This document shows, piece by piece, positions 25,757 to 37,200 of a stretch of DNA of 64,000 nt (within the stretch, counting starts at the first letter, position 1; each line of letters starts with the position of its first letter). The DNA lies in NCBI GenBank assembly GCA_964187785.1, contig OZ076409.1, positions 14,014,001-14,078,000 of the forward strand, given 5' to 3'. Under the pieces are notes generated by a model. It ran no database searches, was not told where the DNA came from, and saw only the letters and a program-made list of their open reading frames with translations. Origin of the DNA: Amphiscolops sp. MND2022 (Eukaryota). A program made the position numbers and the translations under genes.

Positions 25757-26996
25757 CTTCGCCACGACTCCAATACAACCAACTAATATCTGTCCGACAA
25801 TACATCAGATCGGACCCTCCAACGCAAACTTTCCACCAATATAACCAACAATTGATGGGCTATCCTTCTGTTGTCTGGCAGCAGCAGACGGAGAAAGCTC
25901 TTATTATTACTTATAATAATACCCATTTGTTCCAGAAACCAATTCCTGTTTGGGACCCTGATTACACAACTACCTTTACTACCCGATTCAGGCCCATTCC
26001 CTTAGTAGACGACTACAACCCTACATACATCGACCCAGATTATGGAAGAGATCACTACTGGGACACTGAGATCTGCAACCAGGATCTATTGCAATTTCAA
26101 TATGTTCTAGACGATATTGAACATTGCAACAAGACAGTCCACGAGAACCCTCCAATTACCCATAACAAGAAAACCAGAGCGCTAAACCATCCGGTGTTTC
26201 CAAACCCCTTGGGAACCGCGAATATCGAAAACTGTGCAGAATCAATTCCACAATCGCTACTAGACGAGAGACAGTTCCAGAATGTACTCATTACCAAAAA
26301 TGGTGAACCAGACTGTATACCCCTGTCAACCAACAGTAACCTTAAAACTCAGATCTTGCATCGAGTTCGCCTCAAAAAGTTTGTCCCCAATCAACCGCTT
26401 GAGGACATTTTCCGAGAAGAGCGATTACTGCCGGACGAAGAAATTGTCATTCCGCAGGACGATTTGTACACAGTTACGTGGGAAACAAACTTTGGTGAAC
26501 AGCTAGCTACACGAGGCAACGAGCCTATTCCGGCTAGCTTGCCGAATGAAGAAAGACCGAGTACGGCAAAAGCGAACGCAGATAACGCAAGCGAGAATGA
26601 AGCGGATTACATAATCACGACTGATTGTCCGAATGACGTCAACGATACAGAGCACAGTCGAGATAAACGACTGAAAAGTGACGTCAGCAATGCAAATGAA
26701 GATAGTGAAGCTACTAGAAATGAAAACTCTGATTGGCCGGATTCGGCCGTTTACCACAAAAATCCAGAAAAATCTTTGCCGGATCTGTCCGAAAGACAAG
26801 AAAACAATGCAAATGTTTCAGAACGAAATTCTGCTAATGAAAGCGATGCACAAAAATCTCCAAAAAGGGGGATGATATTATCGTGCCCGAAATATCGCAA
26901 AATGATGAAAGGAATGAAAATCTGAGTCCTAGAGGTGGAAGATATAATTTGAGACCTAATCCTAATCCAAACTACTCAGAAGACTTCAGATACTAG
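25747..26996 (+). pseudogene. pol: Pol remnant: pre-protease region fused in frame to integrase C-terminal tail; late frameshift
   Basis: The -1 frame is open from the slippery site (KKLTSPRLQYN...). DCIPLSTNSNLK|TQILHRVRLKKFVPNQ joins segments matching D Pol DYIPLMSAITLK and TQTLHRIRLRLYAPNQ. The tail GRYNLRPNPNPNYSEDFRY (shifted frame) matches D GRYNLRPNPRPNAHPDFR. Confidence 0.88.
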
Positions 26997-28390
26997 GAAA
27001 AGATTAATAAGCGTCCAAGAAGGAACACTGCTCTCTTTTCTTCTTTTCCTTTCCATTTTTAAAGTCCTTCCTCCCTCTGCTTCTACCTCTCCTTCTACTT
27101 CTCCTCCTACTGCATCTACCCTTCTTCCTTCTTCGCCATTTGTCTCTTGGTCGCTTATGAATGATTCAGCGATCTGTGACCCTTCTGGCAATTGAGTCTC
27201 TGCATGGAGTCTGACCATTTCGTCAGCGTAAGCTGTAACATCAACACTGTCAGTATTACTTGGAGACCTCTCTACTCTAAGAGGAAGAATCGGGGCGGTG
27301 AAAACACAGCAGCCTGACTTGTACCCACGGGTGAATTGGGATCTGGTGTTCGAGTAGTCTCTTTGTTCTGATTCTATAAACAGAAAGAGATGAAATTTGG
27401 CGGTTAGCTTCCTTGAAAGAAATCCATTTTGCCGCGTCAGAAACCTTTCGAAAGTGTTCTAAAAATTTGAATGAAACGTGTTATCACGTGTTTAGTGATG
27501 GAAGCAGGAAGCATTTTGTGAACAAATTTTAACCCTGATCAAGTTGAATTAGTTCAAAATAAAAATCCAGATCAACTTGTGTTTGAAGACATCCTGCAGT
27601 GATGGAAACTCCTTCTGGGTAACCGTCCTCATTCGGCTGGTGAAGTTGGGGAAAGTGGCCGAGCTCGGCTGAAAAGAGGAAGATGCCCCGGAATACTCCG
27701 AGGAAGATGTAGTCGGCAACTGTGTTGGAACCCAAATGGACGTACATAACAATGCAGTACATAGATAGGGATGCCGAAAGAATTCAAAATTAAAAGAATA
27801 CAAATCGTAATGGAATTGGAACTAAATGGGAATAAATGACAATCCTAGAGATTGAAAGTTGGAGTTCGTGGCTGAAGAGACTACCGGATTAATATTTTAT
27901 GGCTATTTACGAATTTAAAACTGTGCATGGAGTCTGCCAGCGAAATGTACAGAAGATTGCTCATTATTTACAAATTAGTTAGTTAGAAGCCGATTATGGC
28001 CATTTACCTTGTTCCGTTTTGCCGTTTTGTTCCGTTGCCCTTATTACCATTTAGTTAGAATTTCCGCATTCTGGATTATTTTAGTTATTATTTTCACCAT
28101 TTTACTATCCAATTTCCATTTTATCGAAAGTCAATTTTGATTGGCTAAAACGATTTTAAGAGAAACCTTTGGTGCGTGCCGTTAATTGCCTCCAAGCGAC
28201 TCGTTAATTACCCACTTGAGACGAGTGTATTTGATATTAACATCTTGAACATTGTTCACACCTATTCTGATGACGGGAGTGATAAGGAGATCAACACCAA
28301 GAGGTGAGCCGGCCTACGTCACAGCAATTATGAAGGAAGCTTATTTGAATGGACTTAATGCAGGGTCGTTTTTATTTATTCCACCCGCAG

Positions 28391-30572
28391 TGTCGCAGGC
28401 TGCCTCCTGCAAATTAACCAATCACAGTGCAGTATAGCTAGTATTAGTATTATCTCTCAGCAATACATTATGTGGCCGGTTATGGCCGCTTGCCTTAATC
28501 TAACTACTATGCTCGTGAACGCTGGTCCAATGGCCGGTTCCGGCCTATTTAGCTTTTATCAAGTAATCTGTGCTATTTAATCAGTAGTGCTGTGTATTTT
28601 CTTGGAAAGTACTTGAAGCTGTCTTAATACGTCAGATGCCATGATTAAAAGTGTTAGAAGAGGTATTGGTAATTGTTTTAATTATAGTTGCTATTGATAA
28701 AATCCCGTACCAGATACGTCACTTGAGCACGCGGCCTTGTCCAATCAAATTACTCCATTTGCTACGCAGTTAATACTTCCATTCATTAATGGCCGAGTAA
28801 GGCCTGTGGACATAACTTCGCTACTTTTAATAAATATCCAGTCAGACGGCCGGTTCCGGCCATTTCACAAAAAGCGCAATTGTGATGCTAATTATTAACC
28901 AGGATTCATGTGCTTGTACTCTTAGGCTGAATAACCCCTCTAGTGCAGTATTACCTAACTACACCACAGACTTAGCTCTTTCAGACGGTTAAGGCCGTTT
29001 GACCAGTATTTTAATAATGTTTACTTAATACGAGGCAATTAGCCTATTCAGGCCAGATTGTGTAAAGCGCTGTACACATTTTTAATTGATTGGCCGTATA
29101 TGGCCACTTGACGTTATATTAGATTGGTAATGCAGGACAAAAGGCAAATGGCCGGTTTAGGCCATTTTGCTTTTTATTATTAGAGATGCTTTTAAGCATG
29201 AATGAGTTTGTTTTACAGTCATGTAAGATTATATTTATATACTTGAAGATGTTAATGAGCTTTTTAAATCCAATTAGTGCAATAATAACGACCCGTAGTA
29301 GCAATCCGAATACCCGTCACCTGTCCTATTCCGGCCTTCACTATTGGCCAGCTCCCAAGTCCAATGGCCGTATTAGGCCATATTGCTATATTATGTTCAT
29401 TTCTATTGCATGAAACTGTGTCTTTGTTTTGTTGATTCTACGCACGTGTGTAGGCACGTGCCGCTAAATAGTTTACATTCCTCTCACTGTAAACAATTTG
29501 AAAGTATTAGTTTTGATGTTTGGTCAAAGTGTTGTTTGCCTAATATAATAAGGCTAAATTCCTCCGCTCCCCTTTGATGATAGTATTTGCAGTTAGAAAA
29601 TGCTTTTGAGTGCATTCCATATTTTATGTAAACTTTAAATGATTTTGCTGCGAATGAATTAGGTATGAATTCCCTTTGGCCCTAACGGGACAAATTCCTA
29701 AGTGCTTTGATGCAGTTGACGCCGCTAAAAATGAATGAATGTTAGTGGTCACCCGCCATGGTCATGTGCCCTTTATGGAATTTGTAAATAGATTGTCATG
29801 CAAGGAATGTGAGTGTCACCCTCTCAGGGGTATATATATTGGTATTTTTCCGAGAGGGACACAATTGTATTTTGCTTCTCCAAGTTTAGTTTGATATACC
29901 TGTTTACGATACAACGTACAAAATCCTATTTTCCGAATAAAACCTAATTCACTGTTTTACCTCGGACTTTCTTTCTAATGCCTACAACAAGAAAGCAGAA
30001 GAAAACCAGAAAATCTAGAGGAGTTGAGATAATTTCGGACATTGAAAATGTAGATATGATGCTCGGAGAAAACCATTTCAGTAGAAATGAGAGAGATGAA
30101 AGCCTCAGTAGTAATCAAACCAGAAGACCTGAAAGTACTTTTGGTGATCAATTTGAAACTAATGATGAAAACAGGTACTTAAATTCAAGAAATGACGGAC
30201 TTAGTCCAAATGCCGATTACGGCCAAAACTCTGCTGGAGGTAATTCTAGTGCTGAGATAAATAGACTGTCGAGTGAATTGAATTCCCGAATATCTAGAGA
30301 GATGGACGAGATGATGAATAGTGTCAGTGTTCAGATACAGAGAGCCATAAATGATGCAATTAGCAATCAGGTTTTACCCCAGATTCAAAATGCCATTGTG
30401 GCCGGATCGGGACATTTGACCAGAGAAAGATGGAACGTTCCGGCCGAGAGACCGGAAGGATATTCCGAAGTTCTGCGAAACTCAGATTCCAGAGATAACT
30501 CGAGAAGTAAGCCATTTATGGACTGTCAGAAAGACGGTCCAACTACATCCACAAACGCGCGTGCTTACGACA
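28391..30572 (+). repeat. 3' LTR of element B
   Basis: Direct repeat of 22451-24632, followed by TSD CTTGG. Confidence 0.97.
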
Positions 30573-30592
30573 CTTGGCAAGATCTTAGCTAA
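29978..30592 (+). CDS. 3'-LTR copy of Gag N-terminus (198 aa) reading 6 codons into flank
   Basis: Identical to Gag B up to ...NARAYD, then TWQDLS*; expression unknown. Confidence 0.5.
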   Translation: MPTTRKQKKTRKSRGVEIISDIENVDMMLGENHFSRNERDESLSSNQTRRPESTFGDQFETNDENRYLNSRNDGLSPNADYGQNSAGGNSSAEINRLSSELNSRISREMDEMMNSVSVQIQRAINDAISNQVLPQIQNAIVAGSGHLTRERWNVPAERPEGYSEVLRNSDSRDNSRSKPFMDCQKDGPTTSTNARAYDTWQDLS

Positions 30593-30942
30593 GTTTTTTC
30601 TAAGATCTTGGCAAGATCTTACTAAGATATCCATGGAGGGTGGACCCGGGATGTCATAGTTCTATTTTTATGTGCCGCTAAAATCAAGTTAACCCCCATT
30701 TCAATACAACATAACTTCAATCATGTCATAAATGCAAACTATTTTTGGCGATTTTGGGATGACATGTTTTTGCGTAGTCAATAAAGTAAAGAATTTCGAA
30801 TTAAAATCACTGATATTGAACAATTTGTGTTTTATTGTTTAATTTTTCCTCTCTTGCAAAAAACATCTTATCGTCAAATACAAAAGTGTGTTGAATAGCT
30901 CATTGTTTTGGTGTTGAACTCTATCAATACTCTTTTGCAACA

Positions 30943-31031
30943 ACATTAACATTCCAACGTTATCAAAAACTGCAATGAAATATTGCTATCTGCCTTCATC
31001 TTCTTGCCCAGTGGAACACACACATTCATAT
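30943..31031 (+). pseudogene. hAT transposase C-terminal dimerisation domain remnant, left half (target of element D)
   Basis: Removing D and one TSD restores NINIPTLSKTAMKYCYLPSSSCPVEHTHSYFKKILTEDRQKLDVETLKHLLFLYVN, matching the hAT P.L..lA..yl.lp.sS..vERxFS....i.t..R..L consensus. Confidence 0.75.
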
Positions 31032-31517
31032 TGTCACGACCCGCTCCCGGTCGGGATTACTCTTGCTGCAGTGGCGTGCAGGAATTCAAAAGGGGGAGAG
31101 GACACGGAAGGCCCAAGCAAAGCTAAGTAAAATACTGAACTTACCTTGTCTAAACTACAGCACGAACTAAGGATTAACGGAAGCGCAACGTGAAATATCC
31201 AAAAATGATCTTGAGCAAAATAGGACTTCCGATTTAAAGTTCTCACATGTAATCACTTTACTACATCCGGTTTTGTTTCTGAAAAATCCATGACAATCTA
31301 AATACTAAAAAGAAACATTCATAACACTGGGATCAATTTTCGTCCTCTCCACACTGAAATGAAAACATCAGTTAATTCCGTGGTCCCAACGGAATGCATG
31401 TGATCTAAAATAAGGAAAATACAGAGAGAATTTAATAGACTTGTTTCCAAAGTCTGAAGTAGTTGTTAAAAGCCACTCAAATTACAGTCAAGTAATTTGA
31501 ATAAACCTTTACAACGC

Positions 31518-31662
31518 TATGGCAACGTCAATCAGATAAACAAGTTGCTGGTATTCCTGATTTAATGAACCAATAGCGTCGCTGCTAAGGACGGAATGTT
31601 TGCGCTCGAGCTAGTAAGGACCATTCTAATGACGTCATTAAGAACGAATTTAAAGATGGCGA
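31518..31662. promoter_or_regulatory. Motif cluster in D LTR: RFX-like half site, CCAAT, CRE palindrome, YY1-like AAGATGGCG
   Basis: CTATGGCAAC, AACCAATAG, AATGACGTCATT and AAAGATGGCG. TGACGTCA and CCAAT also occur in the solo LTR (5089-5155). Function not shown. Confidence 0.45.
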
Positions 31663-31692
31663 ATTGCTCCGCTCTAACTTCGCTAGCTGCTA

Positions 31693-31880
31693 AGCTAATC
31701 TTAATACGCACGTAGCATCTACGGGACGAATTGTAAGCTAAAGAAACTATAGCTAATCTTAATACGTACGTAGCATCTACGGGACGGATTGTAAGCTAAG
31801 GAAACTATAGCTAATCTTAATACGTACGTGACATCTACGGGGAAGATTGTAACTTAGCAAAACTATACTTAATGTTAATA
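31693..31880 (+). repeat. Tandem repeat, ~3.3 x 58 bp in D LTR (also 45546-45733)
   Basis: Units AGCTAATCTTAATACG(C/T)ACGT... start at 31693, 31751 and 31809. Confidence 0.92.
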
Positions 31881-32803
31881 CATGCAAAATAACTGTGGAA
31901 AAATCTGAGACTTAAGGACTAGTACAGCAGATCAAGACATTCCTTGGAACACGTAGAATTTTGTTAGGACAACCAAAATATTGTAGGATTCAATTATTTC
32001 CTCCCGATTTTCTCTGTTCTTTAAGCAATCTAAACGTTCGTGCTGTAGGACCAAGGCAAAAGTGAATTTCTTAATGGAAGGTGCTTTTCTTACTTTTAAG
32101 AAAATGATTTACGTACTCAGTACGTCTTAAAATGTTGTTGCTTTCCATGTTGTTTGTTATTTTGTAACCATGTTTGATAGCATTATGTAAAAATCACGCA
32201 GGTTTATCGTTGCCAATTTCTGGTTTATAATAACCAAATTTCAGTTTGTATTTGTCGCTTTCTCGGTATCATTTGTTCCTTATCAAACATTTGATTTCAG
32301 TAATCCAAAAACTTAACCGAAATATTTCCGTGACGAATTTCGCTTGTCACTCTGTTGCTGCAAGTTGAAAATCTTGCCGCTCATAAGATGAATCATTGTT
32401 CATGCCCGCGTGCCTTTCGTGATGGAAGTTTAACTAGACATTTATTTTGCCGCTCTTTTGAGATTAAACCGGAAATGAGGATGATGAACAAAAATGAATT
32501 CAACAAGTATTCCGCGAAAGGGACGTGACTAGGAATTTTAAATTATGAACAACTAGTTAAAGGGTTGAAATAATAAGGATGACTAAGTGATTTTTATGAA
32601 CAAAATGGATTTTTAGGATTCCTAGGAATTTTTAGGTGAGGAACAAATGATGCTGAGAAGGTATATATAGTTGTAGATACTTTGAAAAGTTTAATCAATC
32701 TTTTGTTTCCCAATTAATCAATTTGTTCTGTTGATACAATAAAACTCGCTTCTTCGACGAATTAACATATTTCCGAAGACTTCTCTACTATAAACTTCCA
32801 AAG

Positions 32804-34216
32804 ATGACTACTAGAAGCCAGAAAAGAAAAGCAGTTGAAGAATTAGTCTCTACTGAAATCGAAACACCGGTTCCAGAAATTAGTCTGAGCGAGAATCCCG
32901 TAGCAGGAACAAGCAAATCTCCTAGAGTCATTTCTGAAAACCTAGAAAATATTAAATCGGCTCTTAGAAAAGAGATAATGACCGATCTTACTAAAATCTT
33001 AGCCGAGAACCAGAAGGAAATGCTAAAACTGATAGCTCCAGTAACTAAAAAACAAACCCTAGTTAGAGCTTCTGAAGAAACTGATTCTGATCCCGAGAAC
33101 ATCCCGGAAAATGCAACATCAACACCTATAAAAACCAAATCCACTGCGACTACTAATAGGATTACCCCGGTAAATAGTCGTAACATGGTGACAGGAGTCC
33201 TCAATGACTCAACGAACCTCGGAAAGAAGAAAACACGACCGCATCGCCCACAAAGTTTGCCACCCAACGAACGGCCTTCGACATCACGACTACTCTTCGC
33301 TCCCCAACCGGAGATACACCAGCCACCCCACCTACCCCCAATGCCCAAAGCACTCACTGCATCATTGCCTGTATTCGATGGTAAGTCCGAAAAATTCGAA
33401 CTTTTCGAGGACTTATTCCGAAACAACATAAAAATGTACCCACACCTGACAGAAATTCAAAAAATCAACTATTTCCACTCACTACTACGAGGCAATGCAC
33501 TACAAGCATATTGCAACTTAGACGATGCCAAAAAAGATAACTTAGAGGAGGTAATTACGGCGTTTAAACGGCGCTTCGGAGACTTTCAATCTTCTGCCAA
33601 AGCGAGATGCGAATGGGACTCGCTACATTTTGACCCAACCAAACAAAAATTACATGAATTTTTGGATACACTGCAAAAAACGGCTAAGGAAGCGTTCGGC
33701 TCTGAAGCACAAAAATTTATAGACAAGGCCATATACGCCAAAATGCCAGACCACGTCAAAAAGATCCTCAACCGAGCCTACCTTGAGGACAAACCCTATA
33801 ATGATATTGTCCTACATCTCGAACGAGAGATGCGCCTTAATGGCCTGGGAGCCCCAGACGAAACCACACTAGTACCACTAAATACGGTCGACGTCATCCC
33901 ACCGGAGCCAAAAAAGGAACTCACCCAAAGAGGAAGTTGCTTCCACTGTGGTAAACAGGGGCATTATAAAGCACAATGCCGCAAATTAAGGAAAGATCGT
34001 TACTACGAAACTAAAGCACAGAACGGTGTCCCCAAAACCATTGAACCACCTAAACCAAAGTGCGAAACTTGCGGCAAGCTCCACAAAACCGAGAACTGCT
34101 GGTACGGAGCTAACGCGGCGAATGACCCTCGGAAGAAACGTCATGAATTCACAATCCCTACCAGCCAAATCAGTGAACAACCAATCCCCACTGTTGAAAT
34201 CCAGCCAAAAAACTGA
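32804..34216 (+). CDS. gag: Gag, 470 aa, starts inside 5' LTR
   Basis: LPVFDGKSEKFELFEDLF capsid-like region; knuckles CFHCGKQGHYKAQC and CETCGKLHKTENC. Confidence 0.95.
   Translation: MTTRSQKRKAVEELVSTEIETPVPEISLSENPVAGTSKSPRVISENLENIKSALRKEIMTDLTKILAENQKEMLKLIAPVTKKQTLVRASEETDSDPENIPENATSTPIKTKSTATTNRITPVNSRNMVTGVLNDSTNLGKKKTRPHRPQSLPPNERPSTSRLLFAPQPEIHQPPHLPPMPKALTASLPVFDGKSEKFELFEDLFRNNIKMYPHLTEIQKINYFHSLLRGNALQAYCNLDDAKKDNLEEVITAFKRRFGDFQSSAKARCEWDSLHFDPTKQKLHEFLDTLQKTAKEAFGSEAQKFIDKAIYAKMPDHVKKILNRAYLEDKPYNDIVLHLEREMRLNGLGAPDETTLVPLNTVDVIPPEPKKELTQRGSCFHCGKQGHYKAQCRKLRKDRYYETKAQNGVPKTIEPPKPKCETCGKLHKTENCWYGANAANDPRKKRHEFTIPTSQISEQPIPTVEIQPKN
33186..33198 (+). promoter_or_regulatory. 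Primer binding site TGGTGACAGGAGT
   Basis: Immediately follows the LTR terminal CA; conserved in A, B and D; one mismatch from the tRNA-Leu(CAG)-type PBS TGGTGTCAGGAGT. Confidence 0.75.
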
Positions 34217-34262
34217 AAACGCCGCGCCTCCGCTTCGGGGAAACGGTAGACGCGAGGGCGTA
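34207..34262 (+). promoter_or_regulatory. -1 programmed ribosomal frameshift signal (A AAA AAC + GC-rich stem-loop)
   Basis: Heptamer 34207-34213 lies directly before the gag TGA. The -1 frame is open (KKLKTPRLRFGETVDAR...) into the pol ORF. Downstream ACGCCGCG...CGCGAGGGCGT can pair. Confidence 0.85.
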
Positions 34263-37200
34263 CACAATAGAAGACCCCCCCAATCACTACGAAGAAGACT
34301 TCATGACGGAATGCAACGAAGAACCAACACAGGACTGGCAACGTCGTTGGAACGTAGGCATGATACTTAGACATAATGCACGACACCCAGAAGACCCAAC
34401 ACCACTACCCCAATGGATAACAGAATCGCCCGATAACTACGCGACACTAAAAAGACCCTTACCAGAATCAAAGACCGAACGCATTTACATATACGATAAA
34501 GACTATAGATGTGATCCCTGGGATGAACCAGCCATCTATGACACAAACAAACTCTCTTTTAAGATCCAAGTTTCAAATCCTCAAGCTCAAGTCACCGAGA
34601 GTACAACCCTACCAACACCTTTGTCACCAATCCTAAAAAAGACAACACAGTCCTCGCCAACACCCGTCACCACCACGTACACACCAATAGATGCAGAGAA
34701 TATTATCTGCATTGAGGATAAAACAATATGGTCACAACAAGCAAAAGAACAACGCGGAGTAGCCGACCAAATAGTATCACCCCCAACAACAGCATCTGAA
34801 TGGCCAAATCAGAACAACAATCATGAAGACGACGAAGTAACGGAATGCCCACATCAACTACCATACGATCTCAACATCATAAAAGAATTCATACAACATG
34901 ATAAAGATGACGATTACATCCCGTTAATGTCGGCAATTACCCTCAAAAAGAAGAAAAGAATGCTCTTTATTCCTCTTGACTTTGAAAACACTAGAATTGA
35001 TGCATTAGTCGACTCGGGAGCCTACATCAACGTCATCAGCGAAAGAGACGCAGACAAGATACAAAACGAAGCCAACGCGACCATACTTGCAAAGGCACCT
35101 CCGCCCCCTTTCAAGATACAATATGCCAACACAGAACTCGAAAAAGCCCGTGCAACATACACAATGCAATTCAAAATCGGGGATTACGCGTTTGAGGAGA
35201 CCTTCATCATCATGACCAAAACATCTTACCCAATCATTGGCCTGGCATTCCTCCGGAAACATTCCGCAATCCTAGATACTGCACAAGGAACAATAGACTT
35301 TCCCAAAATACAAATCACTCTAGCCCTAAAAGATGAAAGACAGAAGTGCAATCCCAAACCCATCACTATCAAAACGGAAGAAAAACACACCATACCAGCC
35401 CAAGCCACACGGATCATCCACGCCTCCATCACCACAAGCAATGACCACTCAATAACGGGGACAGTCCAACCTTTACCACAGTTCGATGAAAATGCAAAAC
35501 TCATAGTAGCCCCAGCAATAACAACAGCCCGAGACAAACGAGTTGCTATAAAAATAGCGAACACCACAGACTTCCCCTATACAATAACGCCACATACGAA
35601 ACTAGCAGAATTACAAATATTGAAACCCGAAGAAACGAAATTGATACGAGCAGTAGACATAGCAGCCCTCAATCTACTCACCGAACATGACGATGTTGTT
35701 GCGTACGTTAATGCACTGATGCAAGTTGATTCGTCAGAACAAACAGAAGAGAAATTCTGGTTCCCAACTCCCGAAAATCCCGGAGATGAATCGGAACACA
35801 CACCCATCCAACAACGCATTCTACGAGAACTACGCGAACTACAAAGATTAGAAGAACTGGATCCCAAACAAGACGAAAAATCCAGAACACAATTCCTCTC
35901 GCTATTCAAATGGAATGATTCACTAATAACGGGAGAAGACCGTGAAAACCTAGAGTCCACCCTAGTCGAATTCAATGACATTTTTGCACGTCACCGACTG
36001 GACATCGGAATGAACAACCAGTTCAAGGTATGCCTAACTCCCAAAAACGACAAACCGGTATATACACAGAGTCTCCCCGTACCCATCAACCTCAAAGACG
36101 ACCTCACAGTAGAATTGGCACTGATGCACAAATACGGGATCATCACAACCCTCCCATTCTCGAAATATGCCAGCCCCATCTTTGCACAACGCAAACCCAA
36201 CGGCAAACTACGCCTCCTAGTAGACTTACGGAAAATCAACGCCCTCATTTCAGATGACTACATAAACAACAACCACCCCATCAGCACCCTCTCAGACGCC
36301 GCACAACACCTAGCGGGGAAACAGCTGTTCTGCAAACTAGACTGCTCACAAGCCTATCACTGCCTCCAAATGGCAGATCAAAGGTCAGTAGAACTCCTTG
36401 CATTTAATTTTGCTAGTAGAACGTTTGCCTATCGTAGGCTAGCCCAAGGACTTAGTAGAGCCTTGTCAGCCTTTTCGAGCTTCATGCGGGAATACCTTGA
36501 CACCGTCATCAAAGCAGACCAGTGTGCCCAATATGTGGACGACATTGGAATCGCCGCCAACACAACGGAACAACTCATTAAGAACATCAGAGCAGTCTTC
36601 AAATGCATCCGCAAGGCAGGACTAAAACTCACAATTGAAAAATGCCACTTTGGTGTCACCCAAATCGAATTCTTAGGAAGAACCATCACACCCCACGGAG
36701 TAGCACCGCAAGAACACAAAATCACCAACTTCTTATCAAAAATCAGATTTCCCCGGTCAAAGAAACAAGTCCAGAAATACATTGGATTCATCAACTACTA
36801 CCGAAACTACATACCAAGACTGTCTGAAAAAATGATTGGAATGTATGAACTCCTAAAAGCAGATGCCAAAATCACCATATCAGAAGAGTTAGTCGACAAC
36901 TTCAAAGCCATCAACGCGAGCTTAGCGGAAGCATGTGGGCTAGCCCTCAGACAACCAGTTGCGGGAAAACAATACGTACTAATGACGGACGCAAGCTTCC
37001 GGGCATCAGGTTATGCCCTAATGATAGAAGAAAACGACGATAAAAAGCTACTCTCCAAACGGAAAACTTTCGCACCGGTCGCTTTTGGTTCCCGCGTATT
37101 CTCACCGTCGCAACTGAAGATGTCGATATACTGTAAAGAATTCCTTGCAATATATCATGCATTCCTTGAATACAGTCACATTCTCTGGGAAACAACACTA

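Larger units (their letters stand above)
22451..30572 (+). mobile_element. Ty3/Gypsy LTR retrotransposon B, non-autonomous (PR-RT-RH-IN core deleted), 8122 bp
   Basis: Two 2182-bp LTRs (TGTCG...CGACA), TSD CTTGG (22446-22450 and 30573-30577), PBS TGGTGACAGGAG at 24633, intact gag, deleted pol. Confidence 0.97.
21573..30650. mobile_element. CMC/EnSpm-like MITE (~950 bp when empty) interrupted by LTR element B
   Basis: Imperfect TIRs TCCGGGTTGACTCTC / GAGGGTGGACCCGGG, subterminal AAGATCTT repeats at both ends, and 2-bp TSD AT. Element B sits within the right subterminal repeats. Confidence 0.65.
31032..33185 (+). repeat. 5' LTR of element D
   Basis: Direct repeat of 44885-47038; about 5 substitutions seen by eye. 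Confidence 0.97.

Noticed and set aside
22451..30572. Segmental duplication or assembly artefact explaining the 2.2-kb direct repeats
   Set aside because: TG..CA ends, PBS, 5-bp TSD and a few substitutions between copies identify them as LTRs.
34026..34370. 114-aa ORF bridging gag and pol as a +1 frameshift product
   Set aside because: The -1 frame is open, has a canonical heptamer and is homologous to element B; this ORF is an overlap by-product.
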